From the NCBI GenBank assembly GCA_020137815.1, contig CM035351.1, forward strand, positions 7,192,001 through 7,256,000: DNA of 64,000 nt. Direction: 5' to 3'. Each line of letters opens with the position of its first letter. Position 1 is the stretch's first letter. The translations under genes and the position numbers were made by a program. Positions 57,231 through 64,000 of the stretch are shown one piece after another. Under the pieces are notes generated by a model that did no database searches, was not told where the DNA came from, and saw only the letters and a program-made list of their open reading frames with translations. Source of the stretch: Hormiphora californensis (taxonomy: Eukaryota > Animalia > Ctenophora).

Positions 57231-58746
57231 GTCGATTAGGCCTAGGGGCGTGCGTCTCTCTCATGTCGAGTAGTCGTTAGTGTCTTCTTATCCTTCAAGG
57301 TAAATCATTTGCAATGACAGGACTCAAGAGGAGTCCTTCGCTACAACATCTTACAGAAAAGAGAGGAAAATGATTTTGGCTCTTATTTCTTCCCCATCAT
57401 ATGTTATTACATTTTACCCTCTCTCTCGCCAGGTTTTCCAATTGAGTTGTCTTGACACCACCACCTGCTATACAACATCAGTATTAGGGGTGGTTTGGTG
57501 AACAGTTTATTCACCTGTTCAAACTAACTCAACTCACTTCATTTAGTTTGCATAACTAGCTACTTAGAACATGATGGCTGAAGAATCACTTGGCTAAACA
57601 GTCCAATCTAGTACATGTTCCTTGTTTTCTCTCCGGTCGATAAAAACCACCGACCAAGGTCCTAACCGTCATTTAACATGGATGGTTTGACATTGATTTA
57701 AAATTCTCGAGACGAGATCAATGATATGAGAAACTGCTTCGCTGACACTAGCAATGACACTGCTCTATTTTGCTCGGAGGAGGGTGGATGAGGGAATAAA
57801 AACCCACACCCCGGTGATTAAAAAGATACTGCTCTGATAAAGCATGAACAAACCTTATTGATTTACAAACGCTACCATACACAGAGGGGCGGATGTGGGG
57901 CCAATGAATTGTCCCACTGTAAATACTAAATCCCGAGTCATCTACATACCACGTGACTTGTTGATCATAATAAACCATATGATCTTCCCAATTATACTCC
58001 AGCAGTTCCAGTCTCTGACCCGGTATGGCACCAGCTCCCCAAGTCTCTTTGGGCCGAAGCAGCTTGGCAAAATACCAGTCAAAGCACCCAGGACTTGGAA
58101 CGGGAGTCTCATGCATTAGACACCTCCCTGCAGTATTGCAGTCTGTGACCTGGTATGACGTTAGCTCCCCAATTCTCTTTGGGCTGAAGCAGCTGGCCAC
58201 ACACCAGTCACATTGTAGAAGAAAGAAGAAGTTCCAGTCTCTCAATCTAAACCAATTGGAAAGTGTTAATCAAATCCGCTGCCGAGGAGGAGTTCCAGTT
58301 CACAGAGAGGAAATCCAGTATACAGTGCTCGCCGACGTAGCCCCTCGATATGCTAAATGGCCCCTCGACATGCTAAATGGCTCCGTGGATCAAGGGACAG
58401 AACAATGAACTTCACCTGTTGACGCTGATCGCAACTTCTACCACAAGGAGGACTGGATCCTATTGGCCCGCCCTAGTCACGTGATGTCCAGAGGATCCGC
58501 AGTTAAAAGGACGAGACGAGCACCCTGGGACACGTTGTTTGTCAGACACTTTCTGAGGCCAAAGCACAGTTTAAACTTCCTAACAGTTTAACTTCTAGTT
58601 TCGTGTTAGGAACCACTTGTGTTTTTGTCTTTGTACTCGTACCGAAAGTTGTAAATCACCGTTTCCCCATTTCCCCTCACTCACAACAAGGTCATGGGTA
58701 GCGAAACCGGTAACACCTCCGCTACAGTATGACAATTACATTCCAG

Positions 58747-61700
58747 GTTTTGGAGCGTTTTTAGCAGCAGTCATGTTTCTGCTACTGGAAAACGGAGCAG
58801 TGGAGGTAGCATTACACATTTGCCCGGTTGTCTTCTTTATCATATTCATCACGTTCAGGTAACTATACAAATTGTGCTCAATTGTTACCAAATTTTAGGG
58901 ACGATATCTGGAACCATTCTAGTCTAGTTGGGGAGGGGGAGGGGGGTCAGCCATAACAAATGAGGTCCCAGCATGTACATAATCATAGCTAAAGTCACGA
59001 TACAGTTGTTTACCACACCCATGATCTGTCAGGTTCGTTCTACGATCACGTCACATTATATTCCCCTTCTTTAACATCCGGGCCTGCTACCTCCAAGCAA
59101 TCACCGCCTTCTACACCATCTTACTCATCATCTGGGACGGGTTATACATATACACAGAGGCAATACCCCTTCAAGAACACGATGTCAACTCGTTTGAGTT
59201 TCTGGAGTGGCATTTCTACAGGCCGGGTGGGTATCAACAGTTCCTGAACGGCAATTCTACACATGCTGATGAGTGTAGGACTGCGTACCTGGTTTTCCTG
59301 CCCTTCTTCCTCCCTGCTATACTGGTCGTCGCCTCCATGATCATCCAGGTACACACATCACAATGTGGTGGGAAATGCCGGAATGCAAGTGATATAATAC
59401 TGTGTAATAATTTATGGGGGGGGGGGGGCCAAGGCCAAAAAAAGCCAGATCAATCCCGGATTTCAGGGCGGGTTTGGCTTTTTTTGGCTTTTTTTGGCCC
59501 TACTTTTTTGGTCATTTTGGCATGTAATTCTGACATTATATGGTCTGTATGACATTAAAAACACTTTAAAATGGCTTCTTTGATCTAGTTTTACCATTTT
59601 ATATCGATAGGGAAATAAATTTTTTACCGAAAAAAGTTTGATTTAAAAAAAGCCAGATCAAAAAAGCCAAAAAAAGCCAGATCAAAAAAAGCCAGATCAA
59701 AAAAAGCCAAAAAAAGCCAGATCAAAAAAAGCCAGATCAAAAAAAGCCAAAAAAAGCCAGATCAAAACTGCAAAATCAAAAAAAGCCAGATCAAAAAAAG
59801 CCAAAAAAAGCCAAAAAAGGCCAAAAAAAGCCAGATCAAAAAAAGCCAGATCCAAAAAAAGCCAAAAAAAGCCAAAAAAGGCCAAAAAAAGCCAGATCAA
59901 AAAAAGCCAGATCAAAAAAAGCCAAAAAAAGCCAGATCAAAAAAAGCCAGATCAGACCCGGATTTCAGGGCGGGTTTGGCTTTTTTGGCCTTGCCCCCCC
60001 CCCTTTATAGGCCCTTCACATGTTTAGTGTTTAATTAGCATAATCATAATAAGTTTCTGGAGTGGCATTCTGGCCCAAATTAAAGGGAGGGTACGTTGGC
60101 CTTCTTTTCACCCAGAAGTTTAATTTCAATCACTCTGATATTTTGACACAATGACTGCATGGGTACTCATTCGAGGAATCCGAAGTTTCAAATCATAAAA
60201 GTTGAAAGTTCATTAATGAACTCAATTTTTCGTTTTTAGGGTTTTTTGAGGTTTTCTCTTGATTAAATTCGATTTTATTATTTTAAAAACCGCCATACAC
60301 CATTAGCAAGTGGTGCAAATCAGTGGGACTCAAGCTCAGCGCTCAAATCCCACACAGTAATATTCACCCACCGCCACAACATAAAACTCAGAGAACCCAT
60401 CAAGGTAATGGGTCACGAGATTGAAGCAACCAACCACACCAAATTCCTGGGTGTCACATTGGACTCCAAACTAAATTGGTCGAAACATATTGATACCCAA
60501 ATAAAGAAATGTAAACAAGTCCTATTCCAGTGCAGGAGAGCGGTGGGCCCAACGTGGGGCTTCTCGCCAAAGACCATGCTATGGATCTACAAATCCATCA
60601 TACGACCCATGCTCTCCTATGGCGCGCTCGTATGGGCCAATGCCATGCTGACCCAGAAAAACAAGATAAACACATCAAGAATCCAAAGACTTGCCCTCCA
60701 AATGGTAACTGGAGCAATGTCCAGCACACCAGGGAAGGCGCTTGACATGATTACCCACACCATGCCCATAGTAGACCACCTGAGACAATGCGCCATTAAA
60801 ACAGCGTACACGCTCAGAGCGGCCGATCAGTGGGAAGGGAGAATAGTGTCGCAGCTACCACAACCAAAAGTATTCACATCCCACGCCAACACAGTGGATG
60901 AATGCCTAAACCTCCTTCCAGCAGAGTGGGAACATGACCACACCATCCCTCAACTCATCCTCGACCGGGAATACTCCCTGGAGATACCGGACGCAGAGGA
61001 CTACAAAGAAGAGGGAGAGGACGATCACACAATAATAGCTTACACAGACGGTTCCAGAATTGACGGTAACGCCGGCGCGGGCCTCCTAATCCGTGAAAAT
61101 GGACAAGAGGCCCACTCGGCCGCTTTCAATCTGGGTGATACCACAACAGTCCCTATGGCCGAAATGATAGCCATTCAAAACACCACCAAACACCTCCTTG
61201 GCACAGGAACTGCCAATCAAAAAATCCTCATCAATTGCGATAGCCAAGGCACAATCAAAGCACTGGATAGCACCGTATGCAGATCCAAAACCACCCAAAA
61301 CACCATTTCCAACCTGAACGCCCTTGCAGTTTTCAACACCGTTAAAATACAGTGGATCCCTGCTCACAAAGGCCACGAAGGGAATGAACTAGCAGACTCC
61401 CTCGCTAAAAAGGGAGCACAAGAGATTGAAAACATCATACGCCCTCCAATCCCGAAGAAAGCCGCCTATGCGGCCCTAAGGGAGAAGACAAAAACCCGAA
61501 CCACGTCAAACAGCTCCAGCACCTGGACCGAAATCACTTGAGAGCGGCAACCCAGCTTCTGACTGGGCACAACACACTTAAATACCATTTTCACAAGATG
61601 AAACTAGCAAACACTCCAACCTGCCGCCTATGCGGCATAGAAAATGAAACAGCCAAACACCTCCTCACCGACTGTCCAGCTCTCTGGAAACAGCGACAAG

Positions 61701-63108
61701 AGAGGTTTGATCGGCTTGGTTTAACCCTCGATGACATCAAGAATGGCTTCCCGATCACCAAGACTGTTTCATTCTTCATGGATATCCTGAAACAGTTAAA
61801 CCGGGGGGAAGAGGACTAACAAATCCACACCCTCAAACCAGGCCGGGGAAAGGAATCACTATGGTACCACCCCTCAATCTCACCCATGGTGGAGACGGCC
61901 TAATAGAAGAAGAAGAAGACCAGAAATCGGTAAATTCAGGCGCTAAAAATCTGTACGGCCACTACACTTGATCAATTTTGATGTTAGCCGGAATTTAAGC
62001 TCTCTATCTTAAAATTTATTTTTCCGACTGGAATGAATCCTGAATGAACTTGAAAACAGGAATGCTTTTTGGAACCGGAATTTCACAGTCGCCTTCGGGT
62101 ATCGATTTCCTTTCAAACGCGACTAATTTGACCTCAATTAGACCACCACAAGAGACACAGTGTCTAGTTATCTAACCCTAGGTTTGGTCATCTGACACCT
62201 AATGAGACGATAGCGTCATTACTAAGTTCCAATAAGCAGGTCGAGTATCACGTATCACGTCTGCTAATGAGGATGGTGTACCGATACAGCATCCGTTAAA
62301 ATGTAAGCTCTCTTGCTAACACGTCACAATTTGATGGGGATCACATGACTTACCATAGGCTTGGAAAACGGATCACTGTGATTCTTGTGGTGATCCAATT
62401 AAGCTCAAACTGGTCCCATTCGAAAGGAAATCGATAGCCAAACAAATTTGTCAAACTTTGGTAACGAAATATGGTCCCATATTGGTGTTCATTCAATGTT
62501 CATTCGGTCGAAAAAAATGAACTTTTATCCAGAGGGCTGAAATTTCGGATTCCTCGAATGAGTAACCATGCAGACATTGTGTCAATATATCAGAGTGATT
62601 GAAATTAAACTTCTGGGTGAAAAGAAGGCCAACGTACCCTCCCTTTAATTTGGGCCAGGCGGTACATAAGTTAATTACTTTCATAATGCAGGTTTACGAG
62701 ATCTTGAGGAACGACAATTGCCGGAACAACAGTACAGAAAACAGGGTGATGCAGCGCCAAATAACAACCACCATCTTCCTTCTCACAGCAATCTTCTTCA
62801 TCTGCAACACCGCATACATCTGCTACCCCATTTTGTGGTGCTCCGAGTCTAAGCTACACCACGATGATAGAACGGACAGGAAGACGCGCCACATGATCGC
62901 CATTGTTCTGGGAATGCTAATGCCCATACTGAATGCAGCCGCTAATCCCCTGATTCTGATTGTGAGAGGAGAGGCGTTGAGCTCGTTTGTCAAGGGTCAC
63001 ATCAGGAAGAGGATTAGTGGTGTTACCAATCCCATCTCAATGAAAATGAGGCAAACCCAGCTTGATAGTGCTACCATCATCAGCAATCGGTCTAACAAAT
63101 CAGCCTGA
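58747..63108 (+). CDS. Rhodopsin-class GPCR, partial (exons 58747-58858, 59033-59348, 62692-63108; TM1 exon not found)
   Basis: Hydrophobic helices in GPCR order: TM3 end R..I.FPF, TM5 FLPFFLPAILVVASMIIQ, TM6 TIFLLTAIFFICN, TM7 LNAAANPLILIVRG. The junctions are in phase. Confidence 0.8.
59416..60003. mobile_element. Foldback-like element with poly-G/poly-C ends and an internal (AAAAAAGCCAGATC)n array
   Basis: Termini G(n)CCAAGGCCAAAAAA and TTTTTTGGCCTTGC(n), with TTTAT on both flanks. Confidence 0.78.
60070..62658. mobile_element. Non-autonomous DNA transposon with ~120-bp TIRs, hosting a LINE insertion
   Basis: 60070-60190 (CTGGCCCAAATTAAAGGGAGGGTACGTTGG...) is an inverted match to ~62538-62658. 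Confidence 0.88.
60300..61919 (+). mobile_element. 5'-truncated non-LTR retrotransposon (R1/LOA/Tad1-like): RT C-terminus, RNase H, Zn knuckle and (GAA)n tail
   Basis: KFLGVTLDSKLNW, YKSIIRPMLSYG, RNase H YTDGS...AE...DSQ...WIPAHKGHEGNELADSLAK, and CRLC...HLLTDC. Frame break at ~61540. Confidence 0.93.
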
Positions 63109-64000
63109 TAGCAGGGTAATGAAGTGGGACTGGAATCATCTAGAGACTATATAGAAACTAAACTGTGACTGTACTTTCCAAAGTGATATATATATAATAG
63201 GTCCCGTTACCCAGTCAGACATCAGATTGTACATTATTTAGTGAGGAGTCATATCATTCAAGAAAACACGTTGACTTATAGGGCATTGAATATGAATCTA
63301 GCTGATTTAATTGTGTTGTTCCGAATTTAACTTTGAGTTGATCAGAAATTCTTAGAACCTACAAATGTTTAGTGCGTTTAGATTCATTGTATTTCGCTGT
63401 CGAATGTCTCAACTAATGTTGTTTTAAACGTGTCACCAATTCAAAATGTCAACATTTATTCTACATCGTTATGCTCTGTTACATCTTTATGTTCGAAAAA
63501 GGAACACCACATTAGCAAAGTTTTCGGTGGGAAAGAGATAGAAAGAGGGAGAGAGGGAAAGAGGAAACCTGTACAGTTGTACTGTCTGAACAATGCTATT
63601 TGTACAGAGAAGCATCACACACAAACAGACCGCTTACCACTAATTGGTAAGGTACGAGTTAGGGTCCACTAAACGATTACACCCATTGATAGCATAAATA
63701 CAGTATACATATGTATAACACTACACAACCATTTCCGGCAAAGTAGAACTCAAATACAAACGGTTGCTATGAAAAATATAACTAGAAATATACGGACAAC
63801 ATTTATATAATATCAACATCAACTAATCAAAAAGAATCTTGGTAAAAATCGCAATCGTCTCGTTCTAAATAGAAAACAAAACACAAACACTAAAACTAAA
63901 ACAGTACAAAAGACAGGGAACTCCAAAAGTCTTGACACTGTCAACTCAGGGCCGGTATGGGAAATATGATCCACTTCAGGAGTGTCATGGAGAAACTGGA

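Noticed and set aside
57748-58408. 165-aa and 127-aa overlapping ORFs
   Set aside because: The region contains two copies of a dispersed repeat also seen at ~54750-54845, and no protein motif is present.
59697-59915. Phe/Leu-rich membrane-like ORF
   Set aside because: Translation of the AAAAAAGCCAGATC array.

Overview
Eukaryotic (animal) genomic DNA with GT-AG introns, many (CT/GA)n microsatellites and a dense load of short inverted-repeat elements. The dispersed repeat that translates as QPIRTRYLGHVTGYQPIR and the GPCR style suggest a ctenophore, probably Pleurobrachia; this is an inference and cannot be proven from the window. Genes assembled by hand across introns: an intronless divergent actin; an A20/AN1 zinc-finger gene (ZFAND5/6-like); an 8-exon R-Smad with a Smad2/3-type MH1 but partly Smad1/5-type MH2 residues; a single-pass membrane protein; a Shaker-family Kv channel with a degenerate S6 gate; an adjacent GPI-anchored Ly6/three-finger-like gene; an 11-exon ABC-class ATPase (COG3044/MRB1590-like) with an RGG N-terminus; a locally duplicated orphan gene; a Cys/His-finger membrane protein; a two-pore-channel-related gene with a C-terminal SH3 domain; and a partial rhodopsin-class GPCR whose intron holds nested transposons. 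Notable non-coding structure: a higher-order 57-bp repeat array (10.9-14.0 kb), several long hairpin elements, and a ~1.9-kb homopolymer tract that is probably a sequencing artefact. Splice-acceptor-like sites lie just before most start codons. No rRNA, tRNA or CRISPR array was found. Exon boundaries were read manually and may be off by a few bases.
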